Shown one piece after another: positions 46,159 through 56,519 of a stretch of 64,000 nucleotides of DNA. The DNA comes from Bacteroidales bacterium (GTDB lineage: Bacteria; Bacteroidota; Bacteroidia; Bacteroidales; FEN-979), in assembly GCA_023231065.1 (NCBI GenBank), contig JALNWE010000001.1, positions 13,005 through 77,004 on the forward strand, given 5' to 3'. Positions within the stretch are counted from its first letter, which is position 1. Each line of letters opens with the position of its first letter. The position numbers were made by a program, and so were the translations under genes. The notes beneath the pieces were generated by a model. That model was not told the DNA's origin. It did not search any database and saw nothing but the letters and a program-made list of their open reading frames with translations.

Positions 46159-47088
46159 GTGAATATTTTTTATGATTTTGAAAATGTATCAGGAATCCCG
46201 AATGCCGTTGTCACGACGGGGTCGTTTGATGGAGTGCATATTGGGCATAAAGTTATCCTGAACCGTCTGAAAAAGATCGCCGCAGAGATCGGAGGTGAAA
46301 CGGTATTGATTACTTTTCATCCGCACCCCCGTAAGGTACTCTATCCTGAAACAGCCGGGAAAGATCTATTTCTGATCAATTCGCAAAGGGAAAAGATATC
46401 CTTACTTCAGAAAGCGGGTTTGGATAACCTGATCATTGTTGAGTTTACCCTCTCCTTTTCAAGGATCACTTCAATGGATTTTGTTCAGAATATTTTACTG
46501 AACAAATTGCATGCGCGTAAAATCGTGATCGGTTTTAATCACCATTTTGGCCATAACCGCGAGGGAGATTATGATGCCCTGCGCAAATTAGGAGTAATCC
46601 ATGGTTTTGAAGTTGAAGAAATAGCAGAACAGGATATTCAGAATGAATCGGTAAGTTCAACGAAAATCAGGAATGCATTGAAGGAAGGCAATATACAGAA
46701 GGCAAATGCATACCTCGATCACCAATATATCATCATCGGTGTAGCGACAAAAAGCAGCGTCGTGTTGGAAGAAATAGGGTTCCCCTCCTATTCTGTAAAA
46801 ATTGAAGAAGATTGCAAACTCGTACCTCCGAATGGTGTATATGCTGTAACCGTGAGTGGTGAAGATTGTTTTTCGCGGGCGATGTGTTTTATCAGAAAAA
46901 ATGAGGAAGATCCAATAAATACAGAAGTAGCGGTACACCTGTTCGAAAATTACGGGCACATTGAAGGACAGGTTGTAACCCTTCTTTTTCACAAACACAT
47001 GAGAGAGGAAAGGTCATTGAAGACCCCTGAAGATTTAAAAAAACAATTGACCATCGATAAAAATCAGGTGGACGAACTTATTTTCTGA
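46159..47088 (+). CDS. ribF: bifunctional riboflavin kinase / FAD synthetase
   Basis: 309 aa. TTGSFDGVHIGH, SSTKIR, and a C-terminal riboflavin kinase domain. Confidence 0.9.
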   Translation: MNIFYDFENVSGIPNAVVTTGSFDGVHIGHKVILNRLKKIAAEIGGETVLITFHPHPRKVLYPETAGKDLFLINSQREKISLLQKAGLDNLIIVEFTLSFSRITSMDFVQNILLNKLHARKIVIGFNHHFGHNREGDYDALRKLGVIHGFEVEEIAEQDIQNESVSSTKIRNALKEGNIQKANAYLDHQYIIIGVATKSSVVLEEIGFPSYSVKIEEDCKLVPPNGVYAVTVSGEDCFSRAMCFIRKNEEDPINTEVAVHLFENYGHIEGQVVTLLFHKHMREERSLKTPEDLKKQLTIDKNQVDELIF

Positions 47089-47876
47089 TGCAACAACGAT
47101 TTTCCAATCATCTTAAAATAACATTTTTAGGCACCGGAACATCGATCGGCGTACCTGTAATTACTTGTGATTGCCCTGTTTGTACATCAGCTAATCCAAA
47201 AGATAAGCGATTCCGTACTTCCATCATGATCGAAGTGAACGGGGTGACCGTTGTGGTGGATTGCGGCCCTGATTTCAGGATTCAGATGTTGCGTGAAAAT
47301 GTCATGAACCTGGATGCTGTTCTATTCACCCATGAACATCGCGATCACATAGCAGGTCTTGATGATGTGAGAGCTTTCAATTATGTCCTGAACAAGAAAA
47401 TTGATATTTTCGGCACTCCGCAAGTCATGGAGGCCATCCATGTTGAGTTTCCCTATATTTTTTCAACGACAAGGTATTTTGGCGCTCCCCAGCTCAACAT
47501 CCATCCGATTGATTTAAATCCTTTTCAGGTCAAGGGTTTAGAATTTATTCCCATTCGGGTTTTCCATGACAAATTGCCTGTAACCGGATACAGGATCGGG
47601 GATTTTACCTATATTACAGATGCCAGTTTTATTGCCGAAGAAGAACTGGAAAAAATTAAAGGATCCAGGGTTATTGTTTTAAATGCGCTCCGTAACTCAA
47701 AACACATTTCCCATTTTTCTGTTGCCGAAGCCGTTGAAATACTAACAAAGCTGGAACCGGAAGCTGCTTATCTAACCCATTTAAGTCATTTTGTTGGTTT
47801 ACATGAGGATGTAAATTGCCGGTTACCTGATTTTATTCAATTGGCCTATGATGGGTTGGTGTTGGAGCTTTTGTGA
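47088..47876 (+). CDS. MBL-fold metallo-hydrolase (PhnP-like)
   Basis: 262 aa. FTHEHRDHIAGLDD metal-binding motif and an N-terminal CDCPVC Zn-ribbon-like motif. Confidence 0.8.
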   Translation: MQQRFSNHLKITFLGTGTSIGVPVITCDCPVCTSANPKDKRFRTSIMIEVNGVTVVVDCGPDFRIQMLRENVMNLDAVLFTHEHRDHIAGLDDVRAFNYVLNKKIDIFGTPQVMEAIHVEFPYIFSTTRYFGAPQLNIHPIDLNPFQVKGLEFIPIRVFHDKLPVTGYRIGDFTYITDASFIAEEELEKIKGSRVIVLNALRNSKHISHFSVAEAVEILTKLEPEAAYLTHLSHFVGLHEDVNCRLPDFIQLAYDGLVLELL

Positions 47877-47908
47877 AAGGTGAAAAGTAAACAGTGAAAA
47901 GTGAAAGA
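47873..47908. repeat. 5-unit heptanucleotide array (TGAAARG type) starting on the TGA stop codon
   Basis: TGAAAGG TGAAAAG TAAACAG TGAAAAG TGAAAGA from 47874. Confidence 0.7.
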
Positions 47909-47925
47909 TATAATTGCAGTGGGGG

Positions 47926-48618
47926 ATGAGGGTTGATATATTGACATTATTTCCGGAGATGTTCAGGGGGCCGTTTGATCAATCAATACTGAAACGGGCT
48001 CAGGATAAAGGCTTGGTAGAAATCAACCTGTATAATATTCGTGATTGGTCGACCCAGAAACACAAACGGGTAGATGATTACCCATTTGGCGGTGGCGCGG
48101 GTATGGTTATGATGGTTGAACCGGTTGTCAGGTGCATTGAAGCCCTGAAATCCAGGATCGTTTATGATGACATCATTTATCTGAGCCCTGACGGTACTTT
48201 GCTGGACCAGCGATTAGCCAACCATTTATCGCTCAGTCACAACCTTTTGATTTTATGCGGGCATTATAAAGGGATCGATGAACGGATCCGCGAACATTTC
48301 ATCACCCGTGAAATTTCAATTGGAGACTATGTCCTTTCCGGTGGGGAATTAGCCGCTATGGTTTTCACAGATGCTTTGGTACGGCTGATTCCGGGAGTTT
48401 TAAATGATGAGACTTCTGCCCTTTCTGATTCCTTTCAGGATAATCTGGTTTCTCCTCCGGTTTACACTCGTCCCAGTGATTTTCGTGGAATGAAAGTCCC
48501 TGATGTACTCCTTTCAGGTAATGACAAGGAGATCGCGTTATGGCGCGATGAACAATCAATTATGCGGACCCGGGAGCGGCGTCCTGGGCTTCATTCCGAC
48601 ATTTTTCCTCCATCCTGA
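47926..48618 (+). CDS. trmD: tRNA (guanine37-N1)-methyltransferase
   Basis: [14 protein letters not shown]-terminus and [20 protein letters not shown] motifs. Start moved to the ATG at 47926. Confidence 0.93.
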   Translation: MRVDILTLFPEMFRGPFDQSILKRAQDKGLVEINLYNIRDWSTQKHKRVDDYPFGGGAGMVMMVEPVVRCIEALKSRIVYDDIIYLSPDGTLLDQRLANHLSLSHNLLILCGHYKGIDERIREHFITREISIGDYVLSGGELAAMVFTDALVRLIPGVLNDETSALSDSFQDNLVSPPVYTRPSDFRGMKVPDVLLSGNDKEIALWRDEQSIMRTRERRPGLHSDIFPPS

Positions 48619-48674
48619 ACCGATAGAAAACAACAAAAAATTCCAATAAGGCATACTGGTAATAGATAATTTAC

Positions 48675-48682
48675 TATATTTG
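48675..48682 (+). promoter_or_regulatory. Bacteroidota -7 box TATATTTG
   Basis: Matches TAnnTTTG, 42 bp upstream of rplS. Confidence 0.4.
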
Positions 48683-48723
48683 CACTCTTTTTAGTGCGAA
48701 CCTGATAATATTACACAAACGCC

Positions 48724-49080
48724 ATGAATAAAGCGGAAACAATGAAGTATGTCGAAGAGACAGTGATACAAAAGAACGAGTTGCCATCATTTAAAGCTGG
48801 GGATACCATTACTGTACATTATAAGATCAGAGAAGGTAATAAAGAACGTATTCAGACTTTCCAGGGGGTTGTATTGCAACGCAGTGGTAAAGGTTTGAAT
48901 GGGACATTCACAGTCAGGAAGATTTCCGGAAACATTGGTGTTGAGCGTATTTTTCCTTCCACTTCACCTTTTATTTACAAGATCGATGTGAATAAGCGTG
49001 GGGTTGTCCGCAGGGCGCGGATTTACTACCTTCGTGGATTGCAGGGTAAAAAAGCCAGGATCAAAGAAGAACGTTTATAG
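48724..49080 (+). CDS. rplS: 50S ribosomal protein L19
   Basis: 118 aa. [24 protein letters not shown] motif. Confidence 0.95.
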   Translation: MNKAETMKYVEETVIQKNELPSFKAGDTITVHYKIREGNKERIQTFQGVVLQRSGKGLNGTFTVRKISGNIGVERIFPSTSPFIYKIDVNKRGVVRRARIYYLRGLQGKKARIKEERL

Positions 49081-49102
49081 AAGAGTATTATTTATCACAC
49101 AT

Positions 49103-49131
49103 AAAAAAACCCGCGTACAGCGGGTTTTTTT
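49103..49131. terminator. bidirectional intrinsic terminator
   Basis: A7 - ACCCGC GTACA GCGGGT - T7, between convergent genes. Confidence 0.85.
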
Positions 49132-49134
49132 ATT

Positions 49135-49335
49135 TTAGTTCATCACCAGGTTGATGAAACCGTTGTTGTGGGTTGTGAGAACAGTAAGCGCTTTCGAGTA
49201 GCTGAGCAGGTTACGGATCACCGATTCACTGGGAGAAACTACCTTTCTGATCCTCCGTTTTTCATTGGAAGGATAGTTTACCTTTGCATATTTCTCTGAC
49301 AAAGAATAAATTGTAGCAGGTCGCTTCATAGGCAA
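49135..49335 (-). CDS. small hypothetical protein downstream of the ECF sigma factor
   Basis: 66-aa ORF bounded by the terminator. No motif recognised and coding status is uncertain. Confidence 0.3.
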   Translation of the reverse strand: MPMKRPATIYSLSEKYAKVNYPSNEKRRIRKVVSPSESVIRNLLSYSKALTVLTTHNNGFINLVMN

Positions 49336-49418
49336 AATTTTGGTTAGGAATTTTATTCATACCTATGAAACGGGAATTACTTCCCAAATATTTTATAAAA
49401 GAAAAAAAAAGTTGTTAA

Positions 49419-50024
49419 CTACAATGAAAGGATAACCTCTTTTTCCTTGATCAGCTTACGGAGGTTGATCAGGGCATAACGCATACGGCCTAAAGCGGTG
49501 TTGATGCTGACATTGGTTACTTCGGCAATATCCTTGAAGCTCATATCATTATAATGTCGCATGACAAGGACTTCTTTCTGTTCTTTGGGAAGATAGTCGA
49601 TAAGTTTTTTTACATCTTTATGGATCTGCTCTGTTATCAGAATATCTTCGACTGATTCGACCGGGATCCTGACCTTATCAAAAATATCGTAATCATCGTT
49701 ATTTTCAATAATAGGTATCCGTTTGGATTTGCGGAAGTAATCGATGATCAGATTGTGTGCAATCCGCATAACCCATTGGATGAACTTTCCTTCTTCCTTA
49801 TAGGTCCCGGACCGGAAGGTGTTGATCACCTTGATAAAAGTATCCTGAAACAGATCTTCTGCCAGGTCCTTATCTTTTACGATCATAAGGATATACGCGA
49901 AAACACGATTCTTGTGACGGTGAATGAGTTTTTCGAGGGCGGATTCCTGACCAGCTAAATATTTACCGATCAAATCCTGATCACTAACGACATGGGCTTG
50001 CATTGGGCCTCCTTTTTTATTCAA
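49419..50024 (-). CDS. ECF-type sigma-70 family RNA polymerase sigma factor
   Basis: 201 aa. Region 2 (DLFQDTFIKV..W..RIAHNLIIDYFR) and region 4 (MSFKDIAEVTNVSINTALGRMRYA). Confidence 0.88.
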   Translation of the reverse strand: MNKKGGPMQAHVVSDQDLIGKYLAGQESALEKLIHRHKNRVFAYILMIVKDKDLAEDLFQDTFIKVINTFRSGTYKEEGKFIQWVMRIAHNLIIDYFRKSKRIPIIENNDDYDIFDKVRIPVESVEDILITEQIHKDVKKLIDYLPKEQKEVLVMRHYNDMSFKDIAEVTNVSINTALGRMRYALINLRKLIKEKEVILSL

Positions 50025-50173
50025 AAAAGAGTATAAGTCTAGCCTATAATTTCCCTCCTATATTTTATGCAAATCAAGATTGATTGCGTTAGTTTATGAT
50101 ACAATGATACGATATTTAACGATTATAGTTGCGCAAATGTAAATAAAAAAAACCGAAAAGCAAGTTTTCTTTA

Positions 50174-50181
50174 TAATTTTG
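50174..50181 (+). promoter_or_regulatory. Bacteroidota -7 box TAATTTTG
   Basis: Matches TAnnTTTG, 30 bp upstream of uvrA. Confidence 0.4.
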
Positions 50182-50210
50182 CCCAATTCAATGCGAGAGA
50201 CGAATAAAAG

Positions 50211-53045
50211 ATGAATCTTGATACACTTGACCCAAAGGAATATATTATCATCAAAGGAGCAAGGGTCAATAATCTTAAAAATATCAGCTTAGCAATTCCC
50301 CGCAATAAATTTGTGGTGATCACGGGTTTATCCGGTTCCGGGAAATCATCCTTGGCATTTGACACGCTCTATGCCGAAGGACAACGGCGATATGTTGAGA
50401 GTTTAAGCGCCTATGCACGGCAATTTTTAGGCCGGATGAGTAAGCCAGACGTTGATGCTATTCAGGGTATTTCGCCGGCCATTGCTATTGAGCAAAAGGT
50501 CAATACCCTTAATCCCAGGTCCACCGTTGGTACTTCGACAGAGGTTTATGAATATTTTAAGCTGCTCTACGCCCGGATTGGAAAAACGTACTCCCCCGTT
50601 TCCGGTGATCTGGTTAAAAGGGATAGTGTAACTGATATTGTGGATTTTATTTTTGCATTACCCGAAGAAGTCCGGGTCACACTTTTTGCCCCTCTGGACC
50701 TTTCGGGTAAAAGCAAAGATCTGCAGAAGAAATGTAACGTGCTTTTACAACAAGGTTTTTCAAGGATCATGGTGGATGGTCAGCTCATTCGTTTAGATGA
50801 TTTGGCTGTGCAAAAGCTGAAATCATTCAATGAAAGTTTCATCCTTATCGATCGTTTTATCGTCCATCACACGGATGATGAATTAGCCAGCCGGATCGCT
50901 GATTCAATACAGACAGCTTATTTTGAAGGTCACGGATATTGCATGCTTGAAATCAGCAATGGGGATACGGCACATCGGACATTTTCCTGTAAATACGAGG
51001 CTGATGGTTTAGTCTTTGAAGAGCCCTCATCTAATCTGTTTAGCTTCAACAACCCATTTGGGGCCTGTAAAAGGTGTGAAGGCTTTGGTTCTATCATCGG
51101 GATTGATGAAGATCTTGTCATTCCTGATAAAAGCCTTTCGGTTTATGAAAATACCATAGCCTGCTGGCGGGGTGAAAAAATGAGCGAATGGTTAAATATA
51201 TTATTGATCCATGCCTATAAATTTGATTTCCCAATCCATAAACCGGTTCGTGATCTATCCCCTGAACAGAGGGAACTTCTATGGAAAGGCAATCAATATT
51301 TTAAAGGTTTGGATGCTTTTTTCGAATATATAGAGAGCCAGAATTATAAGATCCAATACCGTGTCATGATGTCTCGCTACCGGGGAAAGACAACCTGCCC
51401 GGAATGTAATGGTACCCGGTTGCGCAAAGATGCATCGTATGTTAAGATCAATGGAAAATCGATCAGCGACCTTGTTGTCATGCCCGTAAGTGAGCTTACC
51501 CAATTTTGCAAAAACCTTGAGCTTACCGAATATGAACGTACCGTGTCGCGCAGGTTGCTCGTCGAAATAATCAACAGGTTGGATGTAATGAATGATGTAG
51601 GGCTTGGATACCTAACGCTGAACCGGCTCTCCTCTACCCTTTCGGGTGGTGAATCACAAAGGATCAACCTATCCACCGCCCTCGGTAGCAACCTTGTCGG
51701 ATCTATGTATATCCTTGATGAGCCAAGCATCGGTTTACATCCGAGGGACACACAGCGGTTGATTAAAGTTTTGTTACGCCTTCGCGACCTTGGGAATACC
51801 GTTATCGTGGTCGAACACGATGAAGAAATAATCCGGGCATCCGATCAGATTATTGATATCGGCCCTTTAGCCGGACACCAGGGCGGAGAAGTTATCTTTC
51901 AGGGTAATTCTTCAGAAATATTAAAGGATACCAGGAGCCTTACCGGGAAATATCTGAATCACCAACTGGAGATCAAAACACCCCTGCAACGGAGGAAATG
52001 GTCAGAATTCATCGAAATCAAAGGGGCCAGGGAAAATAATCTGAAAAACATAGATATCAGGATACCTTTGCATATTTTCACCGTGATCACCGGTGTAAGC
52101 GGCTCAGGAAAATCGTCACTGGTTAAACGGATTCTCTATCCGGCCTTGAAAAAAATCCAGGGAGGATATGGGGAGAAAACAGGAAAATTTGACCGTCTGA
52201 ATGGAGACTATAACCGGTTGGGCGATGTTGAATTCATTGATCAGAACCCCATTGGGCGGTCTTCCCGATCGAATCCGGCCACCTATACTAAAGCTTTCGA
52301 TGAGATCCGCAACCTTTTCGCGGCACAGCAGTTGGCGATGATCAGGGGTTATAAACCCGGCTACTTTTCATTCAACATTGAGGGGGGACGTTGTGAAGAA
52401 TGTGAAGGTGAAGGTGTTGTTAAAATTGAGATGCAATTCATGGCTGATCTTTTTCTCCCCTGTGAAAGTTGCAAAGGCAAACGTTTCAAGCAAGAAGTCC
52501 TCGACATCAAATACCGCGATCAAAATATTGTAGATATCCTGAACATGACCGTGGACGAAGCGATAGAATTCTTTCTTGCCGACAGCAAGCACATGACTAT
52601 TGAGAAACGTATCCTTACCCGGTTAAAACCTTTACAGGATGTCGGATTAGGTTATCTGCGACTGGGACAATCTTCAAGTACGCTTTCGGGAGGAGAAGCA
52701 CAGCGTATTAAACTTGCTTTTTCCCTCATTAAAGGGATCAGTGAGAAACCCACCTTGTTCATATTTGACGAACCTACTACGGGCCTTCATTTTCATGATA
52801 TTGATAAATTACTAATTGCTTTTGAATCGCTGATAGGACTGGGACATAGTATTGTGGTGATTGAACATAACCCTGAAGTCATTAAAAGCGCTGATTGGGT
52901 CATTGATCTAGGAAAAGAGGGAGGTGATGCAGGAGGTTACCTGGTTTTTGAAGGGACCCCGGAAGGGCTTGCTGGTTTTAATGAATCCTATACGGGAATG
53001 TACCTGAATGGGAAAGTGAACGCTAAAATTGTGAATCCCGAATAA
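50211..53045 (+). CDS. uvrA: excinuclease ABC subunit A
   Basis: 944 aa. Two ABC modules ([18 protein letters not shown]), LSGGE signatures and Zn-finger CxxC pairs. Confidence 0.95.
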   Translation: MNLDTLDPKEYIIIKGARVNNLKNISLAIPRNKFVVITGLSGSGKSSLAFDTLYAEGQRRYVESLSAYARQFLGRMSKPDVDAIQGISPAIAIEQKVNTLNPRSTVGTSTEVYEYFKLLYARIGKTYSPVSGDLVKRDSVTDIVDFIFALPEEVRVTLFAPLDLSGKSKDLQKKCNVLLQQGFSRIMVDGQLIRLDDLAVQKLKSFNESFILIDRFIVHHTDDELASRIADSIQTAYFEGHGYCMLEISNGDTAHRTFSCKYEADGLVFEEPSSNLFSFNNPFGACKRCEGFGSIIGIDEDLVIPDKSLSVYENTIACWRGEKMSEWLNILLIHAYKFDFPIHKPVRDLSPEQRELLWKGNQYFKGLDAFFEYIESQNYKIQYRVMMSRYRGKTTCPECNGTRLRKDASYVKINGKSISDLVVMPVSELTQFCKNLELTEYERTVSRRLLVEIINRLDVMNDVGLGYLTLNRLSSTLSGGESQRINLSTALGSNLVGSMYILDEPSIGLHPRDTQRLIKVLLRLRDLGNTVIVVEHDEEIIRASDQIIDIGPLAGHQGGEVIFQGNSSEILKDTRSLTGKYLNHQLEIKTPLQRRKWSEFIEIKGARENNLKNIDIRIPLHIFTVITGVSGSGKSSLVKRILYPALKKIQGGYGEKTGKFDRLNGDYNRLGDVEFIDQNPIGRSSRSNPATYTKAFDEIRNLFAAQQLAMIRGYKPGYFSFNIEGGRCEECEGEGVVKIEMQFMADLFLPCESCKGKRFKQEVLDIKYRDQNIVDILNMTVDEAIEFFLADSKHMTIEKRILTRLKPLQDVGLGYLRLGQSSSTLSGGEAQRIKLAFSLIKGISEKPTLFIFDEPTTGLHFHDIDKLLIAFESLIGLGHSIVVIEHNPEVIKSADWVIDLGKEGGDAGGYLVFEGTPEGLAGFNESYTGMYLNGKVNAKIVNPE

Positions 53046-53116
53046 AAGATAACAAATCTGAAAATGTGAAGATTTGAAAATGGTTATAAAGTGGGTTATT
53101 ATAAACATGATTTATT

Positions 53117-54484
53117 ATGAAAAGTTGTAATCCGGTTAACAATGAATTGATCAGGGAATATCCCGGTCACTCTGTTGAAGAAGTAGATACTATTATTCAA
53201 TCGGTGCAAGTTGCATGGGAGGAATGGAGAGGAACATCGTTCGAATACCGTGCCGGTCTTTTCCGGAGTTGTGCGAAAATCCTGAGAAATAAAAAACACA
53301 TTTTTGCCCATTTGATGACCCTGGAGATGGGTAAGCTTATCCGGGAATCGGAATTAGAAATCGAGAAATGCGCCTTGGTATGCGATTTTTATGCAGACCA
53401 GACTGCGGTCCTGTTAAAGGATGAAGTTATCGGTTCAGATGCCAAAAAGAGTTTTGTTACCTATCAGCCACTGGGTATTATTTTAGCTGTGATGCCCTGG
53501 AATTTTCCGTTTTGGCAAGTATTCCGGTTTGCTGCGCCATCATTAATGGCAGGGAATGCGGCTGTTCTCAAGCATGCATCCAATGTCCCTGGTTGTGCGC
53601 TTGCCATTGAAGAAATTTTCCAGGAAGCCGGGTTCCCAACAGATCTGTTCCGCACCCTGATGATCCCATCCGGGATTGTTGACCATGTTATTTCACATCA
53701 TCACGTGAAAGCTGTGACATTAACCGGCAGCGAGGCGGCTGGAAGTCAGGTGGCTTCGCTGGCAGGGAAATACATCAAGAAAACCTTGCTGGAATTAGGC
53801 GGATCCGATCCTTTTATTGTTCTGGACGATGCCGATCTGGTTGCCGCTATTAAAACAGCAGTGACAGCAAGGATGATCAACCAGGGACAAAGTTGTATTG
53901 CTGCCAAGCGGTTTATTGTAATGAATTCGGTGGCAAAAGCTTTTGAAAAAGGACTTTTTGAAGCATTCAGATCATTAAAGCCCGGTGATCCAATGGATCC
54001 GGCAACCCAGGTAGGTCCTTTGGCCAGACCTGATCTGGTCGATGAAATTGAACGGCAGGTCAATGTATCTGTGGCTGAGGGTGCAAGGCTCATCCTCGGG
54101 GGGAAGAGAATGGCCCGGCCTGGTTGTTATTATGAACCCACGATCCTGACTGAAGTAAGACCGGGGATGCGGGTCTATCATGAAGAAACATTTGGGCCTG
54201 TTGCTACCATTATCCCTGTTGCCTCTGAAGAAGAAGCCATACATGTTGCCAACGACAGTGAGTTCGGTTTGGGTGGTTGTGTCTGGACCCGGGATTTATC
54301 CCGTGGGGAGATGGTCGCGCGTAAAGTCATGACCGGGGCTATGTTCGTCAATGGTATGACCAAGTCCGATCCCCGGCTTCCTTTCGGTGGTATAAAGAGA
54401 TCTGGTTATGGAAGGGAGTTGGGAGCGATCGGGATAAAAGAATTCGTGAATGCAAAAACGATCTGGATCGGGCCAGCGGAGTGA
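53117..54484 (+). CDS. NAD(P)-dependent aldehyde dehydrogenase (succinate-semialdehyde dehydrogenase-like)
   Basis: 455 aa. ELGG, catalytic QGQSCIAAKR, EETFGPV. Confidence 0.85.
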   Translation: MKSCNPVNNELIREYPGHSVEEVDTIIQSVQVAWEEWRGTSFEYRAGLFRSCAKILRNKKHIFAHLMTLEMGKLIRESELEIEKCALVCDFYADQTAVLLKDEVIGSDAKKSFVTYQPLGIILAVMPWNFPFWQVFRFAAPSLMAGNAAVLKHASNVPGCALAIEEIFQEAGFPTDLFRTLMIPSGIVDHVISHHHVKAVTLTGSEAAGSQVASLAGKYIKKTLLELGGSDPFIVLDDADLVAAIKTAVTARMINQGQSCIAAKRFIVMNSVAKAFEKGLFEAFRSLKPGDPMDPATQVGPLARPDLVDEIERQVNVSVAEGARLILGGKRMARPGCYYEPTILTEVRPGMRVYHEETFGPVATIIPVASEEEAIHVANDSEFGLGGCVWTRDLSRGEMVARKVMTGAMFVNGMTKSDPRLPFGGIKRSGYGRELGAIGIKEFVNAKTIWIGPAE

Positions 54485-54612
54485 GCAGGCGTGAACGTAC
54501 GGATTGCGGATGCGCCCTTTCCTTGGGTGAAAAGTCAGGCGGTAAGGTTGGATAACAGATGATGAAGAATGGAAAAAAGGGTTTAGGTTTTCGTAGATAT
54601 CGAAAAATATTA

Positions 54613-54620
54613 TAATTTTG
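54613..54620 (+). promoter_or_regulatory. Bacteroidota -7 box TAATTTTG
   Basis: Matches TAnnTTTG, 15 bp upstream of the tRNA 5' end. Confidence 0.4.
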
Positions 54621-54634
54621 CACCCTCTAAACCC

Positions 54635-54708
54635 GGCGGGGTAGCTCAGTTGGTTAGAGCGTCGGATTCATAACCCGGAGGTCACGAGTTCAACTCTCGT
54701 CCCCGCTA
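54635..54708 (+). tRNA. tRNA with CAT anticodon (elongator Met most likely; Ile2-lysidine not excluded)
   Basis: Hand-folded cloverleaf: acceptor GGCGGGG/CCCCGCT, D arm GCTC-AGTTGGTTA-GAGC, anticodon loop TTCATAA, T arm ACGAG-TTCAACT-CTCGT. CCA is not fully encoded. Confidence 0.85.
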
Positions 54709-54712
54709 CCTT

Positions 54713-54746
54713 AGAAAGTTCTGCGATGCAGGACTTTCTTCATTTT
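54713..54746 (+). terminator. 12-bp hairpin terminator after the tRNA
   Basis: AGAAAGTTCTGC-GAT-GCAGGACTTTCT (one GU pair) followed by TCATTTT. Confidence 0.6.
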
Positions 54747-55019
54747 CAGGAGTACCCGCGAAGACACGAAGACGCCAATAAAAATTATAAATAAGTTTCA
54801 CGCCTTTGCGACTTGGCGGTGAACTGGAAGTTTCGCGCCTGACTGCATATCACCGAACAAACCACGCCCATCGATATCAGCACGCTGCCCAGCGGAGTTT
54901 TTTTAATTTCAGGTTGCTGGGTGATAACCATAAAAAAAATTCGCCTAACTTGCGGGGTGGAAGATTGGATGCGGATGATGGAAGACTATAAACGGATCTT
55001 ATAGGTAATTCTGGTATTT

Positions 55020-56474
55020 ATGGCTAACGGACCTACCTTCAAAAAAAGTTTAAATCTTTTTGACTCAACAGCCCTTGTTGCCGGATCGATGATCGGTTCG
55101 GGAATATTTATTGTCAGCGCCGATGTTGCCCGCCAGGTCGGATCGCCGGGATGGTTGATGGTTTCCTGGATCTTAGCTGGTTTTCTCACAATCTGTGCAG
55201 CCTTGAGTTATGGCGAATTAGCCGGAATGTATCCCAAGGCCGGCGGTCAATATGTTTATCTTAAGGAAGCCTATAACCCACTGATCGGATTTCTGTATGG
55301 CTGGACACTTTTTCTCGTGATCCAGACGGGAACAATTGCTGCTGTAGCGATGGCCTTCGCTAAATTTTTCGGGGTCCTCGTTCCATGGGTTTCCGAAGAT
55401 GTAGTGTGGATCAGCATCGGATTTTTCAAATTCGGGCCCGTCCAGATCGTTGCTATTCTCTCCCTGGCCCTCTTAACCTGGATCAATTCCCATGGAATCC
55501 GTTTTGGAAAGAAAGTTCAGAATACCTTTACGACCGGGAAGGTTTTATTACTTGGAAGTTTTATCATTATCGGATTGGGGTTTGCGTCCAATTCAGGAGT
55601 TATCAATATCAATGAAAAAATATTCTGGCAACCCATCCAGGAAGGCCCCGGTGGAGTAGATATCCCCATTTCCGGTTTTTCGTTGTTAGCGGCACTGGGA
55701 ATGGCCATGGTTGGTACTTTATTTTCATCGGATGCCTGGAACAACATCACTTTTACGGCATCAGAAGTGATCAATCCCAAAAAAAATATCCCTTTAAGCC
55801 TTGTCCTGGGAACCCTGTCAGTAACTGTATTGTATTTGCTGGCAAATGTTGTGTATATCACGGTCCTTCCGCTACGAGGTGATCCATTGGGAGATACCTT
55901 TATGGCAAGAGGGATGCAGTATGCTTTGAACGATCGTCTTGGAACAGCTGTTCTATCAGGTCTTTTCGGTAATTATGCAATGATCATAATGGCCATTTTT
56001 ATTGTGATCTCAACTTTTGGCTGTAACAACGGATTGATCTTATCCGGAGCGCGGGTCTATTATGCTATGGCGAACGACAATTTATTTTTCCGGAAGGCCG
56101 GTCAGTTAAATAAGAATGGAGTTCCTGCTTGGGGACTAATCATTCAGGGAATCTGGGCAAGCCTTCTATGCCTGTCGGGCACCTATGGTCAGCTTCTCGA
56201 TTATGTGGTTTTTGCTGTCCTAATCTTTTATGTATTGACCATTACCGGGGTTTTTATTTTGCGTAAAAAGCAACCTGCATTAGAGCGACCTTATAAAGCG
56301 CCCGGGTACCCGGTCATTCCGGCGCTTTATATTATCCTGGCAGTTTTGATCATGGTCATCCTGCTTATTTTTAAACCTCTTTATACCTGGCCCGGACTTT
56401 GTATCGTTATTATCGGAATACCGGTTTATTATTGGTGGAGAAGGAATAGTCAGAATAGCAGGATATCTTTATAA
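55020..56474 (+). CDS. APC-family amino acid permease
   Basis: 484 aa, ~12 predicted TM helices. GSGIF motif near the N-terminus. Confidence 0.88.
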   Translation: MANGPTFKKSLNLFDSTALVAGSMIGSGIFIVSADVARQVGSPGWLMVSWILAGFLTICAALSYGELAGMYPKAGGQYVYLKEAYNPLIGFLYGWTLFLVIQTGTIAAVAMAFAKFFGVLVPWVSEDVVWISIGFFKFGPVQIVAILSLALLTWINSHGIRFGKKVQNTFTTGKVLLLGSFIIIGLGFASNSGVININEKIFWQPIQEGPGGVDIPISGFSLLAALGMAMVGTLFSSDAWNNITFTASEVINPKKNIPLSLVLGTLSVTVLYLLANVVYITVLPLRGDPLGDTFMARGMQYALNDRLGTAVLSGLFGNYAMIIMAIFIVISTFGCNNGLILSGARVYYAMANDNLFFRKAGQLNKNGVPAWGLIIQGIWASLLCLSGTYGQLLDYVVFAVLIFYVLTITGVFILRKKQPALERPYKAPGYPVIPALYIILAVLIMVILLIFKPLYTWPGLCIVIIGIPVYYWWRRNSQNSRISL

Positions 56475-56519
56475 AGTCAGGAAGTCAAGTTAAAATTAAA
56501 GCGTCTAGAAGTTGGGTTT

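Noticed and set aside
53058-53083. Short TGAAAAT/TGAAGAT repeat after uvrA, and GGAWGAY heptads at 54959-54986
   Set aside because: They have only 3-4 degenerate units with irregular period (7-8 bp). That is too weak to call as arrays, so they are mentioned only as possible relatives of the clear heptad arrays.
54784-54840. GTTTCACG / GTTTCGCG motifs resembling half of a parS site (TGTTTCACGTGAAACA)
   Set aside because: Neither copy is palindromic and the second half-site is absent.
54806-54991. 61-aa ORF between the tRNA and the permease
   Set aside because: Its Arg/His/Gly-rich composition has no recognisable motif or start context. I treated it as non-coding (see the finding on this region).
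54709-55019. tRNA-adjacent region examined for an integrated mobile element
   Set aside because: No integrase, no tRNA 3'-end direct repeat and no foreign gene cargo were found. Likewise, no transposase or IS-like inverted repeats were seen anywhere in the window.
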